A stretch of 64,000 nt of DNA from Acidimicrobiales bacterium (GTDB taxonomy: Bacteria > Actinomycetota > Acidimicrobiia > Acidimicrobiales > CADCTF01): the NCBI GenBank assembly GCA_035540495.1, contig DATLGL010000015.1:128232-192231 (forward strand), given 5' to 3'. Positions 8,391 through 17,515 of the stretch are shown here, piece by piece. The translations under genes and the position numbers were made by a program. The notes under the pieces were generated by a model that did not search any database, was not told the origin of the DNA, and was given only the letters and a program-made list of their open reading frames with translations. The first letter of the stretch is position 1; every line of letters starts with the position of its first letter.

Positions 8391-9615
8391 GGTCGCTCCC
8401 CTCGAGCATCGTTTCCGCCCGCTCGCTCAGGAACGCCCGCTCCGCCGGGTTCGAAGCGAGCGCGTGGGCCCGGGCGTAGGCGTCGGCGGCTTCGTCGACA
8501 CGTCCGAGGCGCCGGAGCAGGTCGGCGCGGGTGGCGTGGAAGAGGTGGTAGCCACCGAGGTCGAGATCGTCGACCACCGCGAGAGCCAGGGCCGGGCCGT
8601 GGACCTCCGCCACCGCGATGGCGCGGTTCAGCGCCACCACCGGGGTCGGTGACATCGCGAGCAGCTGGTCGTACAGCGCGAGGACCTGGTTCCAGTCGGT
8701 CTCGTCGGCCGAGCGGGCATCGGTGTGGACGGCGTTGATGGCCGCCTGCAGCTGGTACACCCCGGGCTGGTTGCGCCGTAGGCAGGCGCGGACGATCTCG
8801 TGGCCCTCGTCGATCAACGCCCGGTCCCACAGCGAACGGTCCTGATCGGCGAGGAGGACCATCGACCCGTCGGTCGCGGTGCGCGCCGGGGTGCGCGCGT
8901 GGCTGAGGAGCAACAGCGCGAGGAGGCCGTGCACCTCGGGCTCGTCCGGCATGAGCTGCACGAGCAGGCGCGCGAGCCGGATCGCCTCGTCGCAGAGCTC
9001 GGCTCGCACCAGCTGGTCGGCATCGGTGCCGCTCGCGGCGTACCCCTCGTTGAAGATCAGGTAGACGACCGCGAGCACCTGCCGCAACCGGTCGGGGAGC
9101 TCGGCGTCGGTCGGCACCCGGTACGGGATCGCTGCGTCGCGGATCTTGCGCTTCGCCCGCACGAGGCGTTGCGCGAGCGTCGCTTCCGGGACGAGGAACG
9201 CCCTCGCGATCTCCGGCGTCTGCAATCCCCCGATCAGCCGCAGCGTCAGGGCGATCTGCGCGTCCGGGGCGAGGGCCGGATGGCAACAGGTGAAGATCAA
9301 GCGGAGGCGGTCGTCGTGCACGGCACCTCCGTCGGAGGGCTGGTCGTCGTCGTCTTCGAGAAGCCACACCGCAGCTGCCTGCTTGTCGTCGCGTGACGAC
9401 TCCCGGCGCAGGCGGTCAAGCGCCTTGTTGCGCGCGGTCGTGACGATCCACCCGCCGGGGTTGGGCGGCACGCCGGCTGCGGGCCAGCGCTCGGCGGCGA
9501 CGAGGAACGCCTCCTGGACCGCCTCCTCCGCGAGATCGATGTCGCGGAAGAGGCGGACCAGCGTGGCGACGGCACGTCCGGACTCCTCTCGGAACGTGCG
9601 CTCGACGTCGTTCAC
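8377..9615 (-). CDS. ECF-type RNA polymerase sigma factor with long C-terminal TPR-like extension (DUF6596-type)
   Basis: 412 aa. Sigma-2 region ([19 protein letters not shown]), sigma-4 HTH ([28 protein letters not shown]), then a ~230-aa helical extension. Typical partner of YCII-domain genes. Confidence 0.85.
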   Translation of the reverse strand: MNDVERTFREESGRAVATLVRLFRDIDLAEEAVQEAFLVAAERWPAAGVPPNPGGWIVTTARNKALDRLRRESSRDDKQAAAVWLLEDDDDQPSDGGAVHDDRLRLIFTCCHPALAPDAQIALTLRLIGGLQTPEIARAFLVPEATLAQRLVRAKRKIRDAAIPYRVPTDAELPDRLRQVLAVVYLIFNEGYAASGTDADQLVRAELCDEAIRLARLLVQLMPDEPEVHGLLALLLLSHARTPARTATDGSMVLLADQDRSLWDRALIDEGHEIVRACLRRNQPGVYQLQAAINAVHTDARSADETDWNQVLALYDQLLAMSPTPVVALNRAIAVAEVHGPALALAVVDDLDLGGYHLFHATRADLLRRLGRVDEAADAYARAHALASNPAERAFLSERAETMLEGSDLRRR

Positions 9616-9634
9616 TCGCCTCGTCTGCCGCTCG

Positions 9635-9991
9635 TCAGTCTTCGGCGTCGTCCTGGAACGGACGGACCTCGACCGGGCCCTGGCATGCCGCCGAGCCCTT
9701 GGCCGCCCAGGCGAGGGCGTCGTCGAGGTCGTTCGCCTTGATGACCCAGAAGCCTCCGATGTGCTCCTTGCTCTCGGCGAAGGGGCCGTCGGTGGTGATC
9801 GTCTCGCCGTTCTCGACCCGCACCACGGTGGCGATGTCGGCCGGGAGCAGACCGCCGGCGAAGACCCAACGACCCGCCGCCTGGACCTCCTGGTTGAACT
9901 CGTCCACCGCCTTGAACATCTGCTGGATCGTCTCTTCGTCGGGCACGGGAGCGCCCTCGACCATGTGCACGGAGAGGAGGTACTGCTTCAT
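9635..9991 (-). CDS. YCII-related (DGPF) domain protein
   Basis: 118 aa. [30 protein letters not shown] is the DGPF/YCII signature. Lies 19 nt upstream of the sigma factor gene. AAAGGA Shine-Dalgarno sequence precedes the ATG. Confidence 0.85.
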   Translation of the reverse strand: MKQYLLSVHMVEGAPVPDEETIQQMFKAVDEFNQEVQAAGRWVFAGGLLPADIATVVRVENGETITTDGPFAESKEHIGGFWVIKANDLDDALAWAAKGSAACQGPVEVRPFQDDAED

Positions 9992-10071
9992 CGTGGGGTT
10001 CCTTTCGTCGGGCCGGCACCGTACCGACCTTCACGACGTCTACGAACAGCCCCCCGCCGAATCGACAGGTC

Positions 10072-10096
10072 GACGCAGATTTCCTCGGGAGATTCC
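10072..10096 (-). promoter_or_regulatory. Candidate ECF-type promoter GGAAT-N16-CGTC upstream of the YCII-sigma operon
   Basis: The minus strand reads cGGAATctcccgaggaaatctgCGTCgac, about 80 nt upstream of the YCII ATG. It resembles generic ECF -35 GGAAC / -10 CGTC promoters. Pattern match only. Confidence 0.25.
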
Positions 10097-10181
10097 GAAA
10101 GTAGGGTCGGCGGCCATCACCGACGGCCCGCTCTCCGCCCATCCGTTCGACCTGATCCGCCCCCGGCGGCGCATCACCGGC

Positions 10182-11090
10182 ATGTCGGCGATCCTCCTCC
10201 CGTTCCGCGATGGGGCCATCGACTGGCCGGCGTGGGAAGCACACGTGGAGCGCACCGTCGAGGCGGGGCTCACGCCGGCCGTGAACATGGACACCGGCTT
10301 CGTCCAGCTGCTCGATCCACCCCAGCGGACCGAGGTGCTGGCGCGGACGTCGTCGCTGTTGCGCGGCAACGGCAGTGGGAACGGCACCGACTTCGTCGCC
10401 GGTGCGTTCGTAGCCGACGAGCCGGGCGCGCCGCTCGACGTCGACGGCTACCTCCGCTCCGCCGACGCCGTCGCCGCGGCCGGTGGCACCCCGATCGTCT
10501 TCCCGTCGAACGGCAGCGCGGGCCGCGAGCTCGAGCTCTACACGGCGATCGGTGGGCGCATCGATCGTTTCCTCGGCTTCGAGCTCGGCCCGATGTTCGT
10601 GCCCTACGGCCGCATCTTCGACCTCGACACGTACACCGAGATGCTGCGGACGATCCCGTCACTCACCGGCGCCAAGCACTCGTCGCTGAGCCGCGAGGCG
10701 GAGTGGGAGCGACTGCGGGTGCGGGACGAGGTCAGGCCCGACTTCCTCGTGCTGACCGGGAACGACCTCGCCGTCGACATGGTGATGTACGGCAGCGACT
10801 ACCTGCTCGGCATCTCGACGTTCGCGCCCGATCTCTTCGCGCAACGCGACGCGCTGTGGGAGAAGGGGGACGCTGCGTTCTACGAGCTCAACGACAAGCT
10901 GCAGCTGCTCGGGTCGTTCGCGTTCCGCGATCCCGTGCCGGCCTACCGCCACGACGCTGCGCTGTTCCTCGAGCTGCGCGGCTGGGTCGGCCCCGATGCG
11001 GCGCATCCACGCGCGCCGCGTCGAGCGCACGAAGACGCGGAACGGGAGATCCTCCGGACCATCGCGACGGGCCTGGGCGTGCTCGGGTGA
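10182..11090 (+). CDS. Dihydrodipicolinate synthase/N-acetylneuraminate lyase (DapA) family protein
   Basis: ORF 9699..11090 trimmed to ATG 10182 (MSAILLPFRDGAIDWPAWEAHVERTVEAGLTPAVNMDTG...). There is no in-frame ATG/GTG/TTG between the YCII region and 10182. TIM-barrel class I aldolase-like pattern. Confidence 0.75.
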   Translation: MSAILLPFRDGAIDWPAWEAHVERTVEAGLTPAVNMDTGFVQLLDPPQRTEVLARTSSLLRGNGSGNGTDFVAGAFVADEPGAPLDVDGYLRSADAVAAAGGTPIVFPSNGSAGRELELYTAIGGRIDRFLGFELGPMFVPYGRIFDLDTYTEMLRTIPSLTGAKHSSLSREAEWERLRVRDEVRPDFLVLTGNDLAVDMVMYGSDYLLGISTFAPDLFAQRDALWEKGDAAFYELNDKLQLLGSFAFRDPVPAYRHDAALFLELRGWVGPDAAHPRAPRRAHEDAEREILRTIATGLGVLG

Positions 11091-12385
11091 TCCAGGTCCG
11101 GAAGCTGCGTACCGCCGATGCCTTCCGAGAGCACGTCGAGGCTCTGGGCGTCGCGTTGCCCTTCGCCGACGAGGTCGACACGGGCCTGCTCGCCTCGGCC
11201 GCTCCCCCGTCGGGAAACCGGTTCGCGATCCTGCCGATGGAGGGCTGGGACGGCACCGACGACGGACGCCCCACCGACCTCGTCCGCCGCCGGTGGTCGC
11301 GGTTCGGGACGAGCGGCGCCGGTCTGATCTGGGGTGGCGAGGCCGTGGCCGTCGATCCGAGCGGTCGGGCCAACCCGCACCAGCTGGTGATCGGCCCGCA
11401 CGTCGGTGAGCTGCGGGAGTTGCTCGGAGCCGACCAGTACGCCGGGCTCCAGCTGACGCACTCCGGCCGCTGGTCGTTCGCCGAGCCGGTCACCGCCGGA
11501 CCGAACCCCGTCCTCGACCGGCGCCGGCCGGGGCGGACGATCACCGACACCGAGCTCGACGATCTCCGCGGGCTGTACGTCGAGGCGGCCGGTGTTGCCG
11601 CGGCCGCCGGCTTCGACTTCGTCGACGTGAAGGTCTGCCACGGCTACCTGCTGCACGAGCTCACCGCCGCTGGTCGTGAGCAGTTCGTGATCGACACCAT
11701 CGCGGCCGTACGAGCTGCGCATCCGTCGATCGCCGTCGGGGTGCGGTTGAGCGTGTTCGACGAGGTACCCCACCGCCCTCGGGAGGAGGACGGCCGGGGT
11801 GTCCCCGAACGCGACGCAGCCTCGTTCGCCCCGTTCGGCCGACCCGACGATCTCGCAGCGCCGATCGACCTCGTCCGGCGTCTCGTCGACGCCGGCGTCA
11901 GCCTCCTGTGCGTCACCGCGGGCAGCCCGTACTACTGCCCGCACGTGCAGCGACCGGCGTTCTTCCCGCCCTCCGACGGCTACCTCCCGCCCGAGGATCC
12001 GCTGGTGGGGGTCGCCCGCCTGCTCGACGCGACGCGCGCCGTGAAGCGAGCGTTCCCCGAGCTGCCGGTCGTCGGGACCGGGTACTCGTACCTGCAGGAG
12101 TGGCTGCCCAACATCGCCTCCGCCGCGGTCGCGCAGGGTGACGTCGACGTCGTCGGGATCGGCCGGATGGTGCTGAGCTACCACGACCTCCCCGCCGATG
12201 TGATGGCCGGCAACGGCCTCGACCGGCGCCGCATCTGCCGCACGTTCTCCGACTGCACGACCGCTCCCCGCAACGGGCTCGTGTCGGGCTGCTGGCCGCT
12301 CGACCCCGAGTACAAGCTGCGCCCCGACCGGCCCGAGCTGGCCGCGGCGAAGCGGGCGAGCCGGTGGACGGTGAGCGACAACTGA
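11087..12385 (+). CDS. NADH:flavin oxidoreductase, Old Yellow Enzyme family
   Basis: ORF 9146..12385 trimmed to GTG 11087, which forms a GTGA overlap with the dapA-like stop. OYE-like motifs: FDFVDVKVCHGYLLHELT, CVTAGSPYY, DVVGIGRMVLSYHDLP. Confidence 0.8.
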   Translation: MIQVRKLRTADAFREHVEALGVALPFADEVDTGLLASAAPPSGNRFAILPMEGWDGTDDGRPTDLVRRRWSRFGTSGAGLIWGGEAVAVDPSGRANPHQLVIGPHVGELRELLGADQYAGLQLTHSGRWSFAEPVTAGPNPVLDRRRPGRTITDTELDDLRGLYVEAAGVAAAAGFDFVDVKVCHGYLLHELTAAGREQFVIDTIAAVRAAHPSIAVGVRLSVFDEVPHRPREEDGRGVPERDAASFAPFGRPDDLAAPIDLVRRLVDAGVSLLCVTAGSPYYCPHVQRPAFFPPSDGYLPPEDPLVGVARLLDATRAVKRAFPELPVVGTGYSYLQEWLPNIASAAVAQGDVDVVGIGRMVLSYHDLPADVMAGNGLDRRRICRTFSDCTTAPRNGLVSGCWPLDPEYKLRPDRPELAAAKRASRWTVSDN

Positions 12386-13152
12386 TGGTGAAGCACCTCT
12401 GGACCTACGTCTACGACGACACGCCGAAGCCCCACGTCCATCCGCTGCAGACGCCGGGCGGGCGCCTCCTCACCCGGGTGTCGCCTCCCGACCATCCCTG
12501 GATGCGGGGGCTGTGGTTCGCAGTGAAGTTCGTCGACGGCGTGAACTTCTGGGAGGAGAACCCGCACGACCCGGCCGGGTTCGGCATCCAACGCCAGGTC
12601 GGCCCGTCGCGCATCGACTGGGTGGGTCCTGACGGCGAGGTCGCTCTGACGGAGCAGCGAACGGTCGACCACCGCGACCTCACCGGCACCGCGTACGCGC
12701 TCGACTGGACGACGAGCCTCACCGCGGCGGGAGCCGACCACGACGTGGTGCTCGACCGCACGCCGTACACGACGTGGGGCGGCTACGGCGGGCTCGTGCT
12801 CAGGGGAGCAGGCGATTGGGAGGACACGCGCATCCTCCTCCCCGACGGCAGCGAGCACCGCCGGCCCGAGGGCATCCCGGCCGCGTGGGCCGACCTCTCG
12901 AACAACGACGCCGGGATCGCGTTCCTCGATCATCCCGACAACCCCCGCCACCCGGTGCCGTGGTACGGCGCAACCCGCTCCCGGGTCTACGGCGACGGGT
13001 GGTCGAACTACCTCAACGCCGCGTTCCTGTTCCACGAGCCGATGACGCTGCGGGCGGGGCAGCCGCTCACGTTCCGGTACCGGGTGATCGTGCACGACGA
13101 CCGCTGGGACGCCGGCACCGTCCAGCAGGCATGGGAGGACTGGACCCGATGA
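12385..13152 (+). CDS. PmoA-family protein (DUF6807-like)
   Basis: Start at ATG 12385 shares one nt with the upstream TGA (cTGATGg). Sequence VKHLWTYVYDDTPKPHVHPLQTPGG...HPWMRGLWFAVKFVDGVNFWEE resembles the PmoA/DUF6807 family seen in sugar or inositol-type clusters. Confidence 0.65.
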   Translation: MVKHLWTYVYDDTPKPHVHPLQTPGGRLLTRVSPPDHPWMRGLWFAVKFVDGVNFWEENPHDPAGFGIQRQVGPSRIDWVGPDGEVALTEQRTVDHRDLTGTAYALDWTTSLTAAGADHDVVLDRTPYTTWGGYGGLVLRGAGDWEDTRILLPDGSEHRRPEGIPAAWADLSNNDAGIAFLDHPDNPRHPVPWYGATRSRVYGDGWSNYLNAAFLFHEPMTLRAGQPLTFRYRVIVHDDRWDAGTVQQAWEDWTR

Positions 13153-14465
13153 CCGACCGATCGAGCTTCGCCGCCGACGCCATGCGCTGGTGCGACCGGT
13201 GGTACGACGACGAGGCGTCGCTGCTGTGGAACCCCGAGGGCGCGTACGACGAGGTCGCCCCGCCGCGGACGATCCATCTCGTCCCCCAGTCGGCGTGGTA
13301 CGCCGCCGGGCTCGTCGAGAGGGGCGACGTCGAGCGCGCGGCGGACGTCTTCCGCCGCCTCTGCACGCTCCAGTACGACCAGCCGGGCACGATCTGGCAC
13401 GGGACCTTCGCCCGCTTCGCCGAGTCGGAGCAGCCGAAGCCCGGCGCCATCGAGTGGATCGACTACGACCCGAACTGGCGCCAGTTCCTCGGCACGACGT
13501 TCTCGCTCGTGATGGCGCAGTTCCCCGACGCGCTGCCCTCCGACGTCACCGACGCGATGCGCGCAGCCATCGATCTCGCGATCGCAGGCGAGCCGCCGGA
13601 GCGGGTGCCGCCGTCGTACTCGAACATCGCGCTGATGCGGGCGTGGCTCGAGGTCGAGCACGGCGACGCCGAGCGGCGCGCCGCGGCCGAGTCGTACGCG
13701 TCGGAGGTCGTCGCCCTCTTCGACGAGTTCGGCGCCTTCGAGGAGTACAACTCCCCCACCTACTACGGCATCGACCTGTACGCCCTCGCGCTCTGGGCCC
13801 GCCACTCGTCGTCCGACGCGCTGCGGCGAGACGGCGGCCGCATCGAGGAGGCCGTGTGGAACGACGTCGCCCGGTGGTGGCACGCAGGCCTCGTGAACCT
13901 GTGCGGGCCGTGGAGCCGCAGCTACGGGATGGACATGCGCACCTACGCTGCCCTCCTCGGCCTGTGGATCGGACCGGAGGCCTACCCCGATCTCGACGCG
14001 CCGTTCGAGCACAGCCACGACACGACGTTCGCCCCCATGGTCGGCCTCGTCGGCTCGGCGATACCCGCGGGCGTCGAGGACGCGCTCGGTACCTTCCCCG
14101 GTGAGCACGAGGTCGAGCAGGTCGTCACCAGCGGGCGGACGGCCACCGGCTGGCTGAGCGACGACGTGATGTTCGGCGGTGAAGCCGGCGGTCCGTACCC
14201 CGCCCGGGGCCAGTACCACCCGGCGACCGCGCACTGGCGCGGCGGCTGGCTCCGGGTCCGCCACGAGCAGCCCATCGACGCCACCGCCTCGGCCGGCGCG
14301 CTGACCGTGCGACCCAGAGGCAGCGGCACCGCGACGATCATCGTCAGCGGCGACCCTTCTGGAGCGGTCGAGGCGACGGCCGACGGGTCGTCCGTCGAAC
14401 TGCGGGCCGACGGGAAGGTGAAGCTCGACGGCGTCACCGAGTTCGTCGTCCGAGCGAGGGGATGA
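13149..14465 (+). CDS. Hypothetical 438-aa protein, possibly (alpha/alpha)6-toroid-like
   Basis: ORF 12774..14465 trimmed to ATG 13149, which forms an ATGA overlap with the previous stop. Protein-like and Trp/Tyr-rich (WYAAGLVERGD..., NSPTYYGIDLYALALWA). No family confidently recognised. Confidence 0.6.
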   Translation: MTDRSSFAADAMRWCDRWYDDEASLLWNPEGAYDEVAPPRTIHLVPQSAWYAAGLVERGDVERAADVFRRLCTLQYDQPGTIWHGTFARFAESEQPKPGAIEWIDYDPNWRQFLGTTFSLVMAQFPDALPSDVTDAMRAAIDLAIAGEPPERVPPSYSNIALMRAWLEVEHGDAERRAAAESYASEVVALFDEFGAFEEYNSPTYYGIDLYALALWARHSSSDALRRDGGRIEEAVWNDVARWWHAGLVNLCGPWSRSYGMDMRTYAALLGLWIGPEAYPDLDAPFEHSHDTTFAPMVGLVGSAIPAGVEDALGTFPGEHEVEQVVTSGRTATGWLSDDVMFGGEAGGPYPARGQYHPATAHWRGGWLRVRHEQPIDATASAGALTVRPRGSGTATIIVSGDPSGAVEATADGSSVELRADGKVKLDGVTEFVVRARG

Positions 14466-14494
14466 ACATCGCGGCACGCGGGTAAGTCCGGTTC

Positions 14495-14926
14495 GTGCCT
14501 TCCCTGGCCGCTCTCATCGCCTTCGCGTTCCTGGCTGCGCTGCTGGTCTACGTGATCCTGCAGGTGCCGCTCACCGCCGATGACGAGCCGGTCATCGACC
14601 TGCGCGACCGTCGCCACCCGCACGACGCTGCACGGCACCCCGCTCACGCCGCCCGACTCGTGTTCGTCGACGGCGGCTCCCGCACCGTCACCGTCGACGG
14701 CGTGCTGGTCGACGACGGATCACCCTTCGCGCTCGAGGTGCGGCGACCGGAAGGCTGGAGCACCGACGACGCCGACCTGCAGCTCGCGGCGTGGGCTGCG
14801 GGCGACACCGTGGTCGAGCTGCGGGTCCGCGACGACCTGCGAGGTCAGCGGGTGTGGATCTCCGACGGGGAGGCCGCGCTCGACCTCCCCGTCGCAGGGA
14901 TGCTCGGGGTTCAGTCGGCCCGATAG
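14495..14926 (+). CDS. Single-pass membrane protein, unknown function (paralog of 7860-8390)
   Basis: GTG start 29 nt after the previous gene. N-terminal TM helix (LAALIAFAFLAALLVYVILQV). The C-terminal domain aligns with the 7860 protein (GSPFALEVRRPEGW...AAWAAG...LRGQRVWISDGEAALDLPVAG). Confidence 0.55.
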   Translation: MPSLAALIAFAFLAALLVYVILQVPLTADDEPVIDLRDRRHPHDAARHPAHAARLVFVDGGSRTVTVDGVLVDDGSPFALEVRRPEGWSTDDADLQLAAWAAGDTVVELRVRDDLRGQRVWISDGEAALDLPVAGMLGVQSAR

Positions 14927-15105
14927 GCGTCGGGAACCTCGGTCGGCTTGTCCTGATCCTTCTCCGGACGGTGACCGGGCTCGTTCGCCTCGGGAACCGG
15001 GCCGGTCTCGCCCTTCATGTCCTTCGGACCGCCGAGGTCGGTGTGGTCGGGAACGACGTCGGTGCGCTCGCTCCGGCGGATCTCGGGCTGCTGCGGGGTG
15101 GCCAT
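14911..15105 (-). CDS. Small acidic, Pro-rich hypothetical protein (64 aa) downstream of imuB
   Basis: ATG ORF 27 nt after the imuB stop on the same strand. High GC3. Low-complexity hydrophilic sequence (MATPQQPEIRRSERTDVVPDHTDLGGPKDMKGETGPVPEANEPGHRPEKDQDKPTEVPDAYRAD). Confidence 0.45.
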   Translation of the reverse strand: MATPQQPEIRRSERTDVVPDHTDLGGPKDMKGETGPVPEANEPGHRPEKDQDKPTEVPDAYRAD

Positions 15106-15132
15106 GGTTCGTCTGTACCCAGCGGGCCGGCG

Positions 15133-16713
15133 TCAGTCGTAGGTCGCCTCGATCCACCACCGGCCGCCCTCCACCGCGGCGAGGTGGGCGCCTGCGTCGG
15201 TGAGCAGCTGGAAGCGGGCCCGGCGCCGGTGCGCAGGCGGGTCCCACCACCGCTCGTCGACCGGCCACGGACCGGCCCAGGCGGTGATCGCCTGCCACCC
15301 ACCGCCGCCGATCGAGACCTGCGCCGGCGCTGCGCTGCACAGACCTCGCCCGGTCACCCGCACCTCAGCGCCGTCGCGGTCGAAGACCTCGGCCGCAAGA
15401 GGCGCCGGGTGCACGAGCGCAGGTGCGGGAGCCGGCACCTGTCCGGGCCATGGCGTGTCGCCCGGTGTCTCCGCCACTCGCGCGTCGCCCCACGGTACGA
15501 GGCGGGCACGTTCGGCCGGTGAACGTCCGCCTTGGACGACGGGCGTGCACACGCCTTCGAGGCCGATCATCCCCTGCACTCGGGCGAGGGCGCGGGCGGC
15601 CCGCTCGTCCTGCAGCGTCGTGCCGCCCCAGAAGCCGAGCTGACGGCCGTCGTCCGGACGGACCTCGTCGGGGGTGAGGCGGACGAGGGTGATGCCAGCG
15701 GTCGGTCGGTTCTTCGCCCATTGCTCCCGCCCTCCCCCGGGATCCCTCCCGCCGGGAGTCGAGGTGAGCCACCCGTCGAGCTGCCAGCGCACCCGCTCCG
15801 CGATGGCTCCTGCGGTCAGCGCACCGTCGTGGCGCCACAGCCGCACGTGGTGCTCGCCGTGCTCGGTCTCGGCCTCGATCGCGATGCGCGTGCAGGCGAG
15901 GCCGCGCCGGCCGAGCTCGTCGTGGAGCTGATCGGCGAGTGACTTCGCGACGAACGCGGCCCGATCAGCCCGGTCTGCCGGTGGATCGAGCTCGGCTTCG
16001 AGCGACAGGTCGGCCGGTGGCGTTCGAGCTGCGAGCGGTCGTTCCTCCATACCCCGGGCAAGACGCCACGCGAGCTCCCCGTCGTTGCCGAAGCGAGCGA
16101 GCACCGACGACGGCGGCAGCGCGGCCAGGTCGCCAAGCGTGCGGACGCCGAGGCGGACGAGGAGGTCGGCGAGGTCGGGCCGGTCGAGGACCTTCACGGG
16201 AAAGGATCCAAGGAACGTCCGGGTCGCGCCGGGTTCGACCGCGAACCACCGTGACGGCGCATCGGCCGCTCGACGTGCTGCGAGCGCCGCGGCGAACCTG
16301 CCATCGGCGATCCCGACGCGAGCGTCGACCTCCGCCAGCTCCAGGGTGCGGGCAGCCACCACATCGTCACCGCCGAAGTAGCGCGACGGGCCGCGCATCA
16401 AGAACGCGCACAGGCCAGGTCGCACGATCTCGATGCGCGGGCAGACGTCGTCCAACGCGGAGACCACCGGTTCGAACGCGCGCGCATCGCGGCCAGGGTC
16501 GTCGTCGACGATGACCAGCTCCGGGCACCGCGCCTGGGCGTCCCTCCGTCGGAGGCCTCGGGTGACACCCTCTCGACGGGCGCCGCGTGAGCACGCGACG
16601 ACCCGGTTGGCGTGGAACACGGCGGCAGGCGTGTCGGGATCGATCTCGGCCGCGGTGATCGGCCAGTCGGGGCACCACACCACGAGCGTCCTCGGCGCAG
16701 CCGTCGCCGACAT
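15133..16713 (-). CDS. imuB: ImuB, Y-family DNA polymerase-like mutasome subunit
   Basis: ORF 15133..16929 trimmed to ATG 16713 (MSATAAPRTLVVWCPDWPITAAE...), the characteristic ImuB N-terminus. Y-family palm/fingers-like region. Lies 19 nt downstream of imuA'. Confidence 0.85.
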   Translation of the reverse strand: MSATAAPRTLVVWCPDWPITAAEIDPDTPAAVFHANRVVACSRGARREGVTRGLRRRDAQARCPELVIVDDDPGRDARAFEPVVSALDDVCPRIEIVRPGLCAFLMRGPSRYFGGDDVVAARTLELAEVDARVGIADGRFAAALAARRAADAPSRWFAVEPGATRTFLGSFPVKVLDRPDLADLLVRLGVRTLGDLAALPPSSVLARFGNDGELAWRLARGMEERPLAARTPPADLSLEAELDPPADRADRAAFVAKSLADQLHDELGRRGLACTRIAIEAETEHGEHHVRLWRHDGALTAGAIAERVRWQLDGWLTSTPGGRDPGGGREQWAKNRPTAGITLVRLTPDEVRPDDGRQLGFWGGTTLQDERAARALARVQGMIGLEGVCTPVVQGGRSPAERARLVPWGDARVAETPGDTPWPGQVPAPAPALVHPAPLAAEVFDRDGAEVRVTGRGLCSAAPAQVSIGGGGWQAITAWAGPWPVDERWWDPPAHRRRARFQLLTDAGAHLAAVEGGRWWIEATYD

Positions 16714-16732
16714 CGACCTGTCGCCTCGCTCG

Positions 16733-17362
16733 TCAGACCGCGATGGCAAGGCGACGACCGCGACCGGCCGCGCCACGCCCGTCGACGGCAACGTCGATCG
16801 TCCGCTCCCGCAGGAACCCGTGTCCGTCTTCGAGGCCCGTCCACCTCGATCGTCGCACCGAGAGGCGGACGTCGGCGCCCTCCGGCCACTCCCCGGCGAC
16901 GAGGAGGATGCCGCCACGATCTCGCGCACGGGTGGCGAGACGGCGTGCGTCTTGGGGACGCGCTCTCGTCGACGGGCGGACGACCACGAGGTCGATGGCG
17001 TCGAGCAGCGCGGCAGTCACCATCGGCCAGTGGCCGCCCGGATCCGGGATCACCGCGAGGCGCTCGAGCGCGACCTTCGCTTCCGCGGCGGCGACGATCC
17101 CGAACGACGGCATCCCGACGACAGCCACCCACGAACCGTCTTGTGACGCCGCGCTCAGCAACCCGAACAACACCGAGGTCGCGCCCGATCCGGGAGGCCC
17201 GTCGACCGAGACCACGGTGCCTCGTCTGAGCGCCCGACCGGGCAGCAGCGATGCGACGGAGTCGGCCACGGGAACGAGCTGCTCCCCGGCGAGAACGACC
17301 GGCGCGACCTTTCCTGCGAGCTGTCGCAGCTCGGTGACATCGGCACGACGGCCGGCAGGCAT
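16733..17362 (-). CDS. imuA: ImuA' (RecA-fold mutasome accessory protein)
   Basis: ORF 16733..17503 trimmed to ATG 17362 (MPAGRRADVTELRQLAGKVAPVVLAGEQLVPV...). Degenerate P-loop VDGPPGSGATSVLFGLL. Position upstream of imuB and behind a LexA box. Confidence 0.75.
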   Translation of the reverse strand: MPAGRRADVTELRQLAGKVAPVVLAGEQLVPVADSVASLLPGRALRRGTVVSVDGPPGSGATSVLFGLLSAASQDGSWVAVVGMPSFGIVAAAEAKVALERLAVIPDPGGHWPMVTAALLDAIDLVVVRPSTRARPQDARRLATRARDRGGILLVAGEWPEGADVRLSVRRSRWTGLEDGHGFLRERTIDVAVDGRGAAGRGRRLAIAV

Positions 17363-17405
17363 CGCTGCCTCGGTTGCTCGCCCTGGCAACCCCACGTCGC
17401 GACTA

Positions 17406-17421
17406 TCGAACACATGTTCGA
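17406..17421. promoter_or_regulatory. LexA (SOS) box TCGAACACATGTTCGA upstream of imuA'-imuB
   Basis: Perfect match to TCGAAC-N4-GTTCGA, 44 nt upstream of the imuA' ATG. Shares the extended CTATCGAACAYATGTTCG with the dnaE2 box. Confidence 0.8.
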
Positions 17422-17515
17422 ACCTGTCAAGCGCGCCTACGATGCGGCCATGCACGCCCTCACCGCAGCTGCGATCTATGCGTCGGAGGCCGCCGGAGAG
17501 CACAAGGAGCTGGAG

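Noticed and set aside
9146-11086. N-terminal ~650 codons of the 1079-aa ORF 9146..12385
   Set aside because: This part is an open-frame run-through antisense to the sigma/YCII genes and out of frame with the dapA-like gene. The OYE homology begins at GTG 11087, which overlaps the dapA-like stop.
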